From IMG/VR virus record IMGVR_UViG_3300028733_000004, positions 1 to 56,346 of that record: a DNA stretch of 56,346 nucleotides, one strand, 5' to 3'. The notes below the pieces were generated by a model that saw only the letters and a program-made list of their open reading frames with translations, did not search any database and had not been told where the DNA came from. The stretch's first letter is position 1. Every line of letters begins with the position of its first letter. The DNA comes from a virus (Duplodnaviria; Caudoviricetes). Positions 26,506-36,995 of the stretch are shown here, one piece after another. Position numbers and translations under genes: made by a program.

Positions 26506-28575
26506 ATGTTTACATCAGGCTCACCTAATGCTGGTCAATTACAGATTGGTATTGCTCTGGTACTCCAGGACAGATTCACAAACCAAGCAAGGGAAGCCTC
26601 AGCCCAAATAAGGAGGTTACACCAAGAAGCAAAGAATGTAACTAATGCTAATTTAAGTGCAGCACAGAGCCTAGCAGGTACTGGTGCTGCAATTGGAGCA
26701 GGTATGAGTATGGCTCTCTATGGTGCAGTAAAACAGGGTGCTGCATTTATAGATATGATGACTTTTGTTGATGCTATTGCAAAAAAGAATGGCGTAACAA
26801 TGCAGGAGTTAACTAAGCAAGCCAGGTCATTAGGTAGAGATACCATGTTTGATTCCAGAGATATTGCATCTGCTATGAAGTTCATGGCACAAGCTGGTCT
26901 AGATACAAAGGAAATAACTGCTAATATCAGAGGTGCTGCTAACTTAGCTGGTGCAACAGGTGTATCAGTTGGAGAGAAAGGTGGAGCTGCAGATATCCTT
27001 ACTAATGTTATGAAGGTATTCCGGATGGAGTCCTCAGAGCTAAATTCAAACAGAGTTGCGGATATTCTTACTAAAGTAACTACCCGGTCTAAGGTATCAC
27101 TCTCAGAATTAAATGAGAGTATGATATATGCGGGTAGTACTGTAAGTAGTTTAGGTGGCTCTCTAGAGCAAACTGCAGCATTTGTTGGAGTACTTGCAGA
27201 TGCTGGTATACGAGGTTCTATGGCTGGTACTTCTATGTCTAATGCATACAGGTATTTAGCAAGGTCTTTGGGTGACCCAAAATTCAAAGGCAACAAAGCA
27301 TTACACTCATTGGGTTTAGGTAGACAGGATTTTATTGATGCTAAAGGCAACCTGATTGATATAGGTGCTGCAATGGTCAAGGTAAACTCTAAAACCAAGA
27401 GCATGAACAACATTGATAGGTTCAATGCTTTGGTAAGTATATTCAATGTACGTGGAGAACGTGGTGCTACCAATATGATTGCTAGTATTGATCGTTATGG
27501 TACACTATTAAGCGAGCTACAAAACAACTCTCAGGGTGCTTCAGCAAAAATCATGGAGATGAGGATGGCTAACATTGCGGGGGGTATAGATATTATGAAC
27601 TCATCACTTGAGAACTTGGTATCTACCTTCACTGAAAAAGTTGCCCCCACTTTAACCCCAATATTTGTAATGATAGGTAGTATATTTGATGCAGTATCTG
27701 CTGTATTAGACATACCATTCTTAGGGCCAGCCATATCTGCTTTTGTTGTATTTGGTACACTTTTAGTAACTGTTAGACTTGGTATAATAGCTATAACTGC
27801 TGCAGGTAGGCTGATGTTCAATGACTCTACTGTATCATTTGCAAATATGATATCTGTAATGTCAGTTGGTTGGAAAACAGCAACTATGTCTGCTTCTCAA
27901 TATGCTGCAGTACAAGCTGGTATATTAGCTGCACAAAATGCCGGGATGGCTGGAGGTGCAGCAAGGGCTTTTGCAGGTACTGCTGGTGCCACATTTATAC
28001 ATGGTAACCCAGGACAATATGCTGGGGGAGTAATGTTTAGGAATGGCAGGTATTATCAACAAACGGGTAGAGGTGCAACTGGTGTAACAAGGATATCTGC
28101 TGCTACAGCTTCTAGTGTAATGGGTGGTAAGACACCACAACAGTTAGGCATAATTGGTGCAAGTCCTGCAAGTCTAGGTATAAGGGGTGCTGGTGCTTGG
28201 GGTGCTGTTAAAGGAGTAGGTAGGTTTGCTGGTAATCTACTTGGTGGCCCATTGGGCATTGCCCTATTTGGGATAATGTTTTTACTACCAAGGCTGATAA
28301 GTGCATTCTCAGATAATACCAATTCTCACAATGATAACACTTCAGCAGTTTCTACTAACAATGCAATAGAGATGGAGAAACTAAGGAGATCTACAACACT
28401 TAACCAGGAAGAACAGAACATTATGTTGGCTAGGTCATTGGATAACCTTGCACTAGCACTGGGTTCAGGTGGCCCTGCTGCAACATTGATAATAAATGTA
28501 GATGGTAAAGAAACTACAAGGAAAGAAATACAAAAAAGTAATAGTGAACAGGTTATAAACATAGGGTCATATTAA
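26506..28575 (+). CDS. Tape measure protein (TP901-type core)
   Basis: ARSLGRDTMF, MAQAG, LADAGIRGSMAGT; Ala/Gly-rich with TM segments. Confidence 0.93.
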   Translation: MFTSGSPNAGQLQIGIALVLQDRFTNQAREASAQIRRLHQEAKNVTNANLSAAQSLAGTGAAIGAGMSMALYGAVKQGAAFIDMMTFVDAIAKKNGVTMQELTKQARSLGRDTMFDSRDIASAMKFMAQAGLDTKEITANIRGAANLAGATGVSVGEKGGAADILTNVMKVFRMESSELNSNRVADILTKVTTRSKVSLSELNESMIYAGSTVSSLGGSLEQTAAFVGVLADAGIRGSMAGTSMSNAYRYLARSLGDPKFKGNKALHSLGLGRQDFIDAKGNLIDIGAAMVKVNSKTKSMNNIDRFNALVSIFNVRGERGATNMIASIDRYGTLLSELQNNSQGASAKIMEMRMANIAGGIDIMNSSLENLVSTFTEKVAPTLTPIFVMIGSIFDAVSAVLDIPFLGPAISAFVVFGTLLVTVRLGIIAITAAGRLMFNDSTVSFANMISVMSVGWKTATMSASQYAAVQAGILAAQNAGMAGGAARAFAGTAGATFIHGNPGQYAGGVMFRNGRYYQQTGRGATGVTRISAATASSVMGGKTPQQLGIIGASPASLGIRGAGAWGAVKGVGRFAGNLLGGPLGIALFGIMFLLPRLISAFSDNTNSHNDNTSAVSTNNAIEMEKLRRSTTLNQEEQNIMLARSLDNLALALGSGGPAATLIINVDGKETTRKEIQKSNSEQVINIGSY

Positions 28576-28577
28576 TT

Positions 28578-29459
28578 ATGGAAAAATCTAATAAATGGAG
28601 GGACCTGTTACTAAAGAACAGGGGTGGTAGGGAGTTATTACCAGTACCTCTACCACAATTACAGAATGTATACAATAGTATTACACAGGATGGTAATGTA
28701 TCACCCTTATTAACTAGTCCCCTTAACAAACTTTGGAGGGCTAGGATTATAATGAATAGGGCCACATCTCCCATGGAAAAACACCATGATACTAAAATAA
28801 TTGAAAAGGTTATAACTACAAGGGAGAATAGACTTAAAAGGGATAACCAATTATCAAAGGTAATAAATACTCCTGATAAACTAAATTACTCTAGAGCACC
28901 TGAAACTAAAAGGTCTATAACTAATCATGTAATTATAATCAACCCACATACTAAACCCATAACTAAACTTATCCTACAAGCTTTTTCAAATATAGAAGTA
29001 ACACCAGAGTCAACCTGGGCAGTTGTAAAAAGCATGGGTAGGAATAATCCCTTCTATATGTTCACTGGTTCTGAGGATACTCTATCCCTTGAGATATCCT
29101 GGTATTCCATGGATGATAACCGGGAAGATGTAATAAATAAATGTAGGTTACTAGAGTCATGGACTAAATCAGATGGTTACACTTCATCACCACCCACTTT
29201 ATGGATATCCTGGGGAAATTCTGGTATGTTTGAAGGTGACTCATTCATACTTAAGTCTGCCCCATATAAGCCATCTAACTTTCAAAACTCTTATAGGAAG
29301 GGTGAAAGGAAATCAACAAATGAAATTATAGATTTAAAATTATTCCCAAATTCAGCTACTCAGACCCTTACATTCAACAGGGTTACAAGTGATAACAGGA
29401 AGCATGAAGATATAATTCCAAATTCTAAATTAAAAACTACTAGAGGAGTAATATTATAA
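28578..29459 (+). CDS. Tail tube initiator / baseplate-tube junction protein
   Basis: GRNNPFYMFTGSEDTLSLEI and SPPTLWISWG (CIS tube-like). Confidence 0.7.
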   Translation: MEKSNKWRDLLLKNRGGRELLPVPLPQLQNVYNSITQDGNVSPLLTSPLNKLWRARIIMNRATSPMEKHHDTKIIEKVITTRENRLKRDNQLSKVINTPDKLNYSRAPETKRSITNHVIIINPHTKPITKLILQAFSNIEVTPESTWAVVKSMGRNNPFYMFTGSEDTLSLEISWYSMDDNREDVINKCRLLESWTKSDGYTSSPPTLWISWGNSGMFEGDSFILKSAPYKPSNFQNSYRKGERKSTNEIIDLKLFPNSATQTLTFNRVTSDNRKHEDIIPNSKLKTTRGVIL

Positions 29460-29462
29460 CCT

Positions 29463-29735
29463 ATGCAAGATACAACAAGCCCATATAGTAATGCCTACGG
29501 TTTAGAATATGAAAATGGTGATATCATTTTACAAAGGGTACCATTTGATTATACACCAAGTGAATTTGATGTAATCCATACTGTTAAAGATGGTGAAAAC
29601 ATACAAAGCATATCATATCAGTATTATGGTGACTCTGGTAGGTGGGGTGATATAGCTGATGCAAATGCTATATATAACCCCATTGTAGAACTAGTACCAG
29701 AACTCCAATTAATTATACCAGATGGAAGACAATAA
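29463..29735 (+). CDS. LysM-domain baseplate protein (P2 gpX-like)
   Basis: HTVKDGENIQSISYQYYGDSGRWGDIADAN...LIIP. Confidence 0.88.
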   Translation: MQDTTSPYSNAYGLEYENGDIILQRVPFDYTPSEFDVIHTVKDGENIQSISYQYYGDSGRWGDIADANAIYNPIVELVPELQLIIPDGRQ

Positions 29736-30261
29736 ACCTATACTTAAGGATGGGACTGGCACACCCTATATAGCTATATTTAATTCGAGAGGTAAGCCTA
29801 TTATAGACCCTAAGAATAAGATACCAATAGGTATGAATGTTTATGATTGGTGGTATGAGTATAATGAAGAAAAAGAAGATAGTGCAGAAATAGCACTTGA
29901 AACTGATAACCCCAACTTAGTAGATCACCCAGACCTAAATATCCAATCAACTATAAATATGCAATGGGGTTACATATATGCTGATGGTACTAGTCATTGT
30001 GGTCCAGTAAGGACTGTAATAATACGAGATACTAATGTAGAGTTTGGAACTAATGGTACCAGGCTAGTTTTAATCTGTACTGATAGCTTTGCAACTACTA
30101 AAACTACTCCAGCTGACATGGAGGAAAAGGCATTCATAATGTGGGTAAAGAATAATATACAAGGTAAATTCTTTGTTGAAATAATAGACCACACTACAAA
30201 TACCCAACTGTATATAAAACCAGTAATAAAGAAACAGCCCAATGCCCAACAAGATAAATAA
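29722..30261 (+). CDS. Baseplate hub, N-terminal part (gpD/gp27-like)
   Basis: YEYNEEKEDSA..., MQWGY motif; position after the LysM gene. Confidence 0.65.
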   Translation: MEDNKPILKDGTGTPYIAIFNSRGKPIIDPKNKIPIGMNVYDWWYEYNEEKEDSAEIALETDNPNLVDHPDLNIQSTINMQWGYIYADGTSHCGPVRTVIIRDTNVEFGTNGTRLVLICTDSFATTKTTPADMEEKAFIMWVKNNIQGKFFVEIIDHTTNTQLYIKPVIKKQPNAQQDK

Positions 30262-31927
30262 AGTATTCTTATCACCACAGTCTGCTACACCAGATTCTGT
30301 TACTGGTAAGACTAGTCAGGATGATATAGGCACTGTAATAATGAATACTAATATGACCCTATCAGGTGAGTCATCAAAGTATGGTGAAGGTGATACCTTT
30401 TCAATGGAGAATCAGAAAATATCATCCATGAGGATTATGACTGGTACTGGTAAAAACCTATGGAACCAGTTAAAGAAAATGGCTAATCAGTTACCTAATG
30501 CACCATATATGATGGATAGCCGGGATGGTGGTATAGTTATACATAATCACCATTTCAACCAAACAACTAAGTTACATTATACATATGCTGGTGGTAATGG
30601 CGAACTAATAAGGGTATCCTTTAAAACACAAAAGAAGGTTGCCCCATTAGATGTAACTGCTAGTTCAAAGATTGATCCAGAAACCAAAACAATAGAAACA
30701 ACAGTTAAACAAGGTATCCAAGTACCATGGAGATTATACCAACCGATGTCTGAGGAAGATAGGAATAGTAGGCAATTACAACAATCCTGGCATTCTGATG
30801 TTGATCCCATGGTAGCAGGTGGTAAACTATCCATGGATGACATACAAAAATCAATTATTAAGGGTAGGAGTATAAGTAGTAGGCCAAAACAACTATCAGA
30901 GCTTGAGATTCAGAAGGGTTACTATAAAAGGTATAAGTATGAGAAAGAAGTAAAAGATGAATATTCTAAAAATTATGATATAACCCAGGAAGATGTTACC
31001 TCATATTTTAACCAGGCTAAGAGTAAGTTCACCAATTACCTTGCTGATGCTAAAAGGACAGGCAATATAGAGCCTCTTCTTAAATCCACTTCTATGGGTA
31101 AGTTTATAGTAAAGAAAAAAGTTACTATAAAGTCTTGGGTTAATCCATATGAGTATGCCCAAAAGGAAGGTAACAATAGTGGCAATCACCCAAAGGGGAG
31201 TTATAACTATGGTCTAGAGATAATGAAGAGTTCTCCTAATATTGTTGTATTAGATAAACTCAGCCCTAAGGGTACACAAAAATTTACTGGGGATGAAAAC
31301 ATAACTGGTAAAAATGCTAATGATCGTAACACTAAAGTATTAGCTATTGTTGATAAAGAGATTGAAATAGAGCTGGATGGTGCAAGGGTATTTGCAGCTG
31401 CAACCCCCCAGCAAATTGCTGATATATATGCAGAGAATGACATATTAACTACTAGTTTAAAACAAGTAGTAGGTACAATGGTAACAGTAGGTAGGCCAGA
31501 ATTATGTACTAGTATGGTAATAGGTGTAGCTAATATATCTAATAAATACAGTGGTGGGTGGTATACTAAAAAAGTAAAACATACATTCAATAATTCAGGG
31601 TACATATGCGAAGCTGAGATTATTAGGAATGGTACACCTATAACAGTTGCAACCACCCACTCTAGAGTTCATACACCATCAGTATACAATGAGTTAAATA
31701 AGGTAGCTAAAGATAAAATAGCTGCAAATAATACTGTTGATACCTCAACTGAGGTTAAACAAGCATTAAAAACATATTATGAAAAGAACCCAGGTAAGAA
31801 GGATACTAATATTGGTACAGTAGTTACACCTACATCTACAGGTACTAAAATTGAAATATATCCAGCTAAAGAAGAGAGGACTAATATATCTAATGCTAGG
31901 GAAGATGTAAAAAAGAAACTTAAATAA
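30242..31927 (+). CDS. Baseplate hub, C-terminal part (gpD/gp27-like)
   Basis: VGRPEL...NISNKYSGGWYTKKVKHTFNNSGY motif. Confidence 0.7.
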   Translation: MPNKINKVFLSPQSATPDSVTGKTSQDDIGTVIMNTNMTLSGESSKYGEGDTFSMENQKISSMRIMTGTGKNLWNQLKKMANQLPNAPYMMDSRDGGIVIHNHHFNQTTKLHYTYAGGNGELIRVSFKTQKKVAPLDVTASSKIDPETKTIETTVKQGIQVPWRLYQPMSEEDRNSRQLQQSWHSDVDPMVAGGKLSMDDIQKSIIKGRSISSRPKQLSELEIQKGYYKRYKYEKEVKDEYSKNYDITQEDVTSYFNQAKSKFTNYLADAKRTGNIEPLLKSTSMGKFIVKKKVTIKSWVNPYEYAQKEGNNSGNHPKGSYNYGLEIMKSSPNIVVLDKLSPKGTQKFTGDENITGKNANDRNTKVLAIVDKEIEIELDGARVFAAATPQQIADIYAENDILTTSLKQVVGTMVTVGRPELCTSMVIGVANISNKYSGGWYTKKVKHTFNNSGYICEAEIIRNGTPITVATTHSRVHTPSVYNELNKVAKDKIAANNTVDTSTEVKQALKTYYEKNPGKKDTNIGTVVTPTSTGTKIEIYPAKEERTNISNAREDVKKKLK

Positions 31928-31937
31928 CACTACTATA

Positions 31938-32678
31938 ATGAATATCGGAGAAGTTATATCAGATAGGGGATTAGAAGCAATAGGCAGGTACTACTCTAAG
32001 TACCGTGCTATTGTTGTTGAAAATAAAGACCCAGATGACCTGGGTAAACTAGCAGTAATAGTACCACAAATTGGGATGAATAATTCAGTATGGGCATACC
32101 CCTGTATAAATGATGGTACAACTAAAGCTGGTTTTAAATGGCTAACACCTAAGATAGGTGCTATCATTTATGTAGAGTTCCAAATGGGTGACCCATTATA
32201 CCCATTATGGTCTTATCATGGTTGGGCAAAAGGCGAGAAACCCAATGAGCTAAAAGGTTTAGATAATATAGGTTTTGTAACACCACATGGTCATATGGTT
32301 GTATTAAATGATATAACTGGGGAATTAACCATATCTCTAAAAGACCCTGAAAATGAGAAAAAAGAAGTAACAAATATCCATGCTAATAATGGGGAGTTTA
32401 CTTTAGACACCACAGATGATATAGTAATAAAGGGGAGTAAGATACATATGATGGGTGCACAGGTTGGTACTACTTTAACAGATAAGTTACTAATAAAATT
32501 AAACCTGCTAGAAACCGAGTTAAATACTTTAAAAGCCGCCCTAGCTACAAGCTCAGCAACTGCAGCATTACTACCAATACTAGTACCTACTTATGTTCCC
32601 CTTGCAGCTTGGTCTGCTTTACCCCCTTTAGTGTTAACCAAAATGATTGACATAGAGAATAAAGAAATACTACAATGA
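31938..32678 (+). CDS. Baseplate central spike (gpV / gp5 OB-fold)
   Basis: YRAIVVENKDPDDLGKL, PKIGAIIYVEFQMGDPLYP, TPHGH. Confidence 0.9.
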   Translation: MNIGEVISDRGLEAIGRYYSKYRAIVVENKDPDDLGKLAVIVPQIGMNNSVWAYPCINDGTTKAGFKWLTPKIGAIIYVEFQMGDPLYPLWSYHGWAKGEKPNELKGLDNIGFVTPHGHMVVLNDITGELTISLKDPENEKKEVTNIHANNGEFTLDTTDDIVIKGSKIHMMGAQVGTTLTDKLLIKLNLLETELNTLKAALATSSATAALLPILVPTYVPLAAWSALPPLVLTKMIDIENKEILQ

Positions 32679-33109
32679 ATAATGACATACTAAAAAATGC
32701 TATAGGTTCTGGGGTATTATTCCCTATAGAATTAACCTTAACCAGTGACAATACCCATACTTGGGGGACAGTATCTGGTGATATATCTCTGATAGAGAAT
32801 AATTTAAGGTCATTGCTATTTTACCAATTAGGGCAAAAGATAAGGGAAGAGAGTTTTGGTACCCGACTACAAGAATGCCTTGAAGAACAAAATACCCAAT
32901 TACTAACTTTCCTAGTAAAACGATTTGTTATAACAAGTATAAAACTATGGGAGCCAAGAGTAGTATTACTAGCAAATGATGTAATGGTTACCCAGGTAGA
33001 TGAATTTCTAAATCTAACCCTATTACCAAAAGTAATTGTTACCCAAAATGTATTAAACATAGATTTTAATTATAACACTAAAACAGGAAACCTATATGTC
33101 AACAACTAA
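32675..33109 (+). CDS. Baseplate wedge gp25/gpW-like protein
   Basis: GQKIREESFGTRL...IKLWEPRV. Confidence 0.9.
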   Translation: MNNDILKNAIGSGVLFPIELTLTSDNTHTWGTVSGDISLIENNLRSLLFYQLGQKIREESFGTRLQECLEEQNTQLLTFLVKRFVITSIKLWEPRVVLLANDVMVTQVDEFLNLTLLPKVIVTQNVLNIDFNYNTKTGNLYVNN

Positions 33110-34808
33110 CCCATGGCTTAACCCTTTACAAAGGTCATATAACCAGATAAAGGCAAAACTTATTGAGAACTTAAAACTTAAGGTTCCAGAAATAACAGAT
33201 TTTAGTGAGGGTAACATATTCATGATCCTTATTAGTATCTTTGCTTCTATTTCAGAAGTACTGCATTATTATATTGATAACATGGCATCAGAAACTTTCT
33301 TTATAACTGCAAGAAGGTATTCTTCATTAAAGAAACATGCTAAGATGGTAGACTACCATATAAGGTGTGCAAACCCATCTCAGGTAGATATATTGCTAAG
33401 CCTTGTAGATGGTGGAGTATTAGGCCAGGATATATACATACCATCAGGGATAGTATTTACATCATTAGATGGTAAACCCTATTTATCCACAAAAAACCTT
33501 ATGTGGAAGGCTGGTAGTTATAGTATACTAGTTCCCGTAATACAAAAAGAGTTAGTAGAAGAGGTAACATTTGGTATAAATACATCAGATGACATTGTTA
33601 TATACTTGGGTACATTAGGCAATGGCTTATTTTATGCAGAAGGCTCTATGTCAATAAGCTTAAGTGGTATACCATGGGAGTTGGTAGATACTTTTGCATA
33701 TAGTAAACCAAATAGTAAACACTATATGGTAGAGTTAGATGATAACTACTTGCCATATATAAAATTTGGTAATGGTACATATGGTATGAAACCCCCAACT
33801 AATAGTACTATAGTTGGTAGTTTTTATGCTACTTATGGAGACCTGGGTAATCAACCAGCTGGTACTATTACAGCTATACCCCAAACACTATTCTTTCAAT
33901 TACCTGAGGGTGTAAGTATAACCTGCATAAACCCACATGCTTCAACAGGTGGTAGTAATTATGAAAACTTTGATATGGTAAAAGAAAACTTACCCCTAAG
34001 TATAAAGACCTTAGGTGTTGCCATATCAGCAGATGATTATGAATCAATTGCTAGGTTAGCACCAGGAGTAGATAAGGCATACGTAAATTATAAATGTGGT
34101 AAGTTCATAGATATATATATAACCCCATATGCAGGTGGTATTGCTTCTAGTGGTCTATTAGATGATACCTATAAGTTCATCCTTAAAAGGAAGGTGATTA
34201 CCACTAGTATTAAACTATACCCCACAATTGAGGCCCATATAGTATTAGCTGCAACCATAACTGGTAAAAAATCGTTTAAAGCAAATGATATAAACCTACA
34301 GGTAATAAATTCACTATTCTCAAGCTACAGCTATAATACAAGCGATATTGCTAAACCTGTAAGGTTATCAGACCTATATTCTTTAATTGATAACCTACCA
34401 ATGGTGGACTTCCTTAAGATTGATAACCTGTATATCATACCCATTTTTACTAAAGTTGGTGCTACTACCCAGGTAATAAATATAAACTCTATAAATTTAA
34501 TCACAGTATTAAACACTAACACCTATGTGATTAAGTTTAGTTCTATAGACGGTAAGTTACATATATTAAGAGGCAATAACCAGGATACTGGGGTTACAAT
34601 AACACCCAGCACACCAACTACTATAAACCTAGATGGAAATAACTGGCAGGTAAATATAAGTCCCCCCACTAGTGGAGTTTATACTAATGGTGATATGTGG
34701 AGATTCACCTTACCACAAAACAAAATTGACCAAGAGATAAGTGACTTTACCATCCCCATATTCAATGACATAAGCAATATCACCTTAGTTATAAATGAAG
34801 TAGTATGA
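33096..34808 (+). CDS. Baseplate J / gp6-like wedge protein
   Basis: TDFSEGN, IKFGNG, STGGSNYE, AISADDYE..A...PGV. Confidence 0.9.
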   Translation: MSTTNPWLNPLQRSYNQIKAKLIENLKLKVPEITDFSEGNIFMILISIFASISEVLHYYIDNMASETFFITARRYSSLKKHAKMVDYHIRCANPSQVDILLSLVDGGVLGQDIYIPSGIVFTSLDGKPYLSTKNLMWKAGSYSILVPVIQKELVEEVTFGINTSDDIVIYLGTLGNGLFYAEGSMSISLSGIPWELVDTFAYSKPNSKHYMVELDDNYLPYIKFGNGTYGMKPPTNSTIVGSFYATYGDLGNQPAGTITAIPQTLFFQLPEGVSITCINPHASTGGSNYENFDMVKENLPLSIKTLGVAISADDYESIARLAPGVDKAYVNYKCGKFIDIYITPYAGGIASSGLLDDTYKFILKRKVITTSIKLYPTIEAHIVLAATITGKKSFKANDINLQVINSLFSSYSYNTSDIAKPVRLSDLYSLIDNLPMVDFLKIDNLYIIPIFTKVGATTQVININSINLITVLNTNTYVIKFSSIDGKLHILRGNNQDTGVTITPSTPTTINLDGNNWQVNISPPTSGVYTNGDMWRFTLPQNKIDQEISDFTIPIFNDISNITLVINEVV

Positions 34809-35602
34809 TAAATTTGAAAAGCTTAATAGACTTGTTACCTATATATTTCAAGGATAGGGACACATATAAAAATGAAGAAGAAGAAGGTATACTAGAAAGG
34901 TTCCTTCAGGTATGTGGTGATTACTTTAATGATGTTGTAACACCAGACATTGATAACACTGTAAATTTAATAGATATTGATGCTACAGATGAGATTTACC
35001 TAAACTATATCTGGGAGTTATTTGGGTCTATACCATACGCATATGGCATACTAATTGACACTAGATTATGGGACACATACAGCAATATCAGTAAAAATCA
35101 AGAAGCTTGGTTAAAGGCCATTGAAGCATTACCACCAAGGGCTAATGCTAGAGACCTATTAAAGTTTGCCATTCCCTTATATAAGATACGTGGTACTATA
35201 AACTTCTACAGTGTCCTATTAAAGTTTTATGGGTACAAATGCATACTATCTGATCCAACAGGTGATTTTGTTAATCCTTACCCAGAGATTAGTTATTATG
35301 ATAGTATACCTTACTATGATTCAGGTTTACTATACGACTCCAATGAAGTATATGATGAATCAAAAAACTGTTTAAGTTGTGTGGGTATAAGCCTAAGCAT
35401 ATACGTATCACATGAGGTTGATTATATGACACCTGATTTCTTTAGTAGGTTATGCTCTTTATTAAATAGGTTTAGGCCATTAAATGTTAAACCTTTTGAT
35501 AAATCAAACATACTATTATATAATAGGTTACCAAGTGAGTTAGTTTATGATTATGATGACTACATAACTGATTACTACTTACAAAGCATGTTAAACATAT
35601 AA
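34805..35602 (+). CDS. Baseplate/tail protein I (P2 gpI-like)
   Basis: LLPIYF..., YLNYI, YKIRGT motifs after gpJ. Confidence 0.8.
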   Translation: MINLKSLIDLLPIYFKDRDTYKNEEEEGILERFLQVCGDYFNDVVTPDIDNTVNLIDIDATDEIYLNYIWELFGSIPYAYGILIDTRLWDTYSNISKNQEAWLKAIEALPPRANARDLLKFAIPLYKIRGTINFYSVLLKFYGYKCILSDPTGDFVNPYPEISYYDSIPYYDSGLLYDSNEVYDESKNCLSCVGISLSIYVSHEVDYMTPDFFSRLCSLLNRFRPLNVKPFDKSNILLYNRLPSELVYDYDDYITDYYLQSMLNI

Positions 35603-35621
35603 CAAATTAATATAAAAATAT

Positions 35622-36926
35622 ATGAGTGTAGTACCATCACAAAAAAGATACAGGGACTTCAAGTCGCCTGTTGAGTCTAAAGATTCTGCTGAGTCTCTTG
35701 CAATATTAAGTGGGATAGGCCCAAAATTTGGTTTTGATTATGTACCTGTTACTACTATAGTAGGGGATACTGTAAATATCACTATTAGGTCAATAGAGAA
35801 TAGTTCTCCAGGTCTATCTCCTGGTATAAAGAACAGGTACCTTGTAGATAAACTCCAAAACATACTATACCCCAGGGGGGGAGTTATTACACCTGATGGT
35901 ATATTAACCCTAGTAACTGAAGACCTTAATATGTCATTCAATAAGTTGGGTGCATCAGTATTTATGGAAGGTGAATTAGCCTATGTAGAGGCTGTAATAG
36001 TTGCTAATCATTCTTATATAGAGGAGGAAGGTTTATTAAACAGTACTTCATTTGAGTTAATAGTGAATACAGATGAAGTTTCTATATATGAAGTTACAAA
36101 ACCAGCTTGGGGTATAAATTCTTGGTTATCTCATCCTTCATTATCTGTACTGGATAAAAAAACTGAGATAGTAGTAGGATTGTTAAAGGTTTATATTAAT
36201 AACTCTAACACCACCTGTATACTGCCATATGACTACCAATGGCCTAATCCTATAAACCTATCCCAGAATACATGGGAAGCTTTCACTACTAATTACATCA
36301 ATTTTAAGAATGGTACTAATGATAGCCTAACAGATGTTAATGAGCAAATAGGTTCACTATCTACTGCTTTATCTCAACAGGCTACTGAAATTGGTACCAA
36401 TACAGAAAACATCAATGGTACGATATTATCTATTAGGGGTTACAAGAAAACTTGCCAAGTTCTTAATAATGGTGTAATGTTTTCCAGTAGTGGTCAATGG
36501 GACATGGTAGTTGGTGAAGAGCAATTTGTATATTCATTAGTTGGGCCGGGTCGTAGTGGCCATATAACTGGAAGGATGGCAATAAAGAGAGCAACTAACC
36601 CCCTCAATGAAGCACCCATAACCCTAACCTTTCCCTTAAGTACTGTACTTGACACAACAAAGATATTTACTGATCTATATGGTAAAAACTCAGATAACAT
36701 TGAAGATAACAATGTAGTAACCCTAAAAACATCTATGGGGGCAAATGCTATATATAATTATGGCAGTGTAGTTGCTGTTAGTAGGTTAAATAAGAACCTA
36801 GTAGTACCAGGTCAATTATTCATAAATTCATCAAACCCAAGCAACCTTACTATATCCATGTTGTTAGCTGAGTTTGATGTAACTGACATTGTAGACATAT
36901 ACTTCAATGGCAAGTTTCATTTCTAA
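35622..36926 (+). CDS. Tail fibre / receptor-binding protein
   Basis: Last gene of the tail operon; coiled coil followed by beta-rich C-terminus. Confidence 0.65.
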   Translation: MSVVPSQKRYRDFKSPVESKDSAESLAILSGIGPKFGFDYVPVTTIVGDTVNITIRSIENSSPGLSPGIKNRYLVDKLQNILYPRGGVITPDGILTLVTEDLNMSFNKLGASVFMEGELAYVEAVIVANHSYIEEEGLLNSTSFELIVNTDEVSIYEVTKPAWGINSWLSHPSLSVLDKKTEIVVGLLKVYINNSNTTCILPYDYQWPNPINLSQNTWEAFTTNYINFKNGTNDSLTDVNEQIGSLSTALSQQATEIGTNTENINGTILSIRGYKKTCQVLNNGVMFSSSGQWDMVVGEEQFVYSLVGPGRSGHITGRMAIKRATNPLNEAPITLTFPLSTVLDTTKIFTDLYGKNSDNIEDNNVVTLKTSMGANAIYNYGSVVAVSRLNKNLVVPGQLFINSSNPSNLTISMLLAEFDVTDIVDIYFNGKFHF

Positions 36927-36956
36927 ATAAAGAATAGTTGTTGTTTTGTTGATGTG

Positions 36957-36995
36957 GCGAAGGTTTGGGTTACTTTAACTCAGCCTTCGCTTTTT
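36957..36995. terminator. Terminator between convergent genes
   Basis: GCGAAGGTTTGGGTTA-CTT-TAACTCAGCCTTCGC followed by TTTTT. Confidence 0.75.

Noticed and set aside
26718-28562. Long antisense ORFs (251, 96, 88 and 78 aa) within the tape measure gene
   Set aside because: Shadow frames of an Ala/Gly-rich gene; no independent motifs or start context
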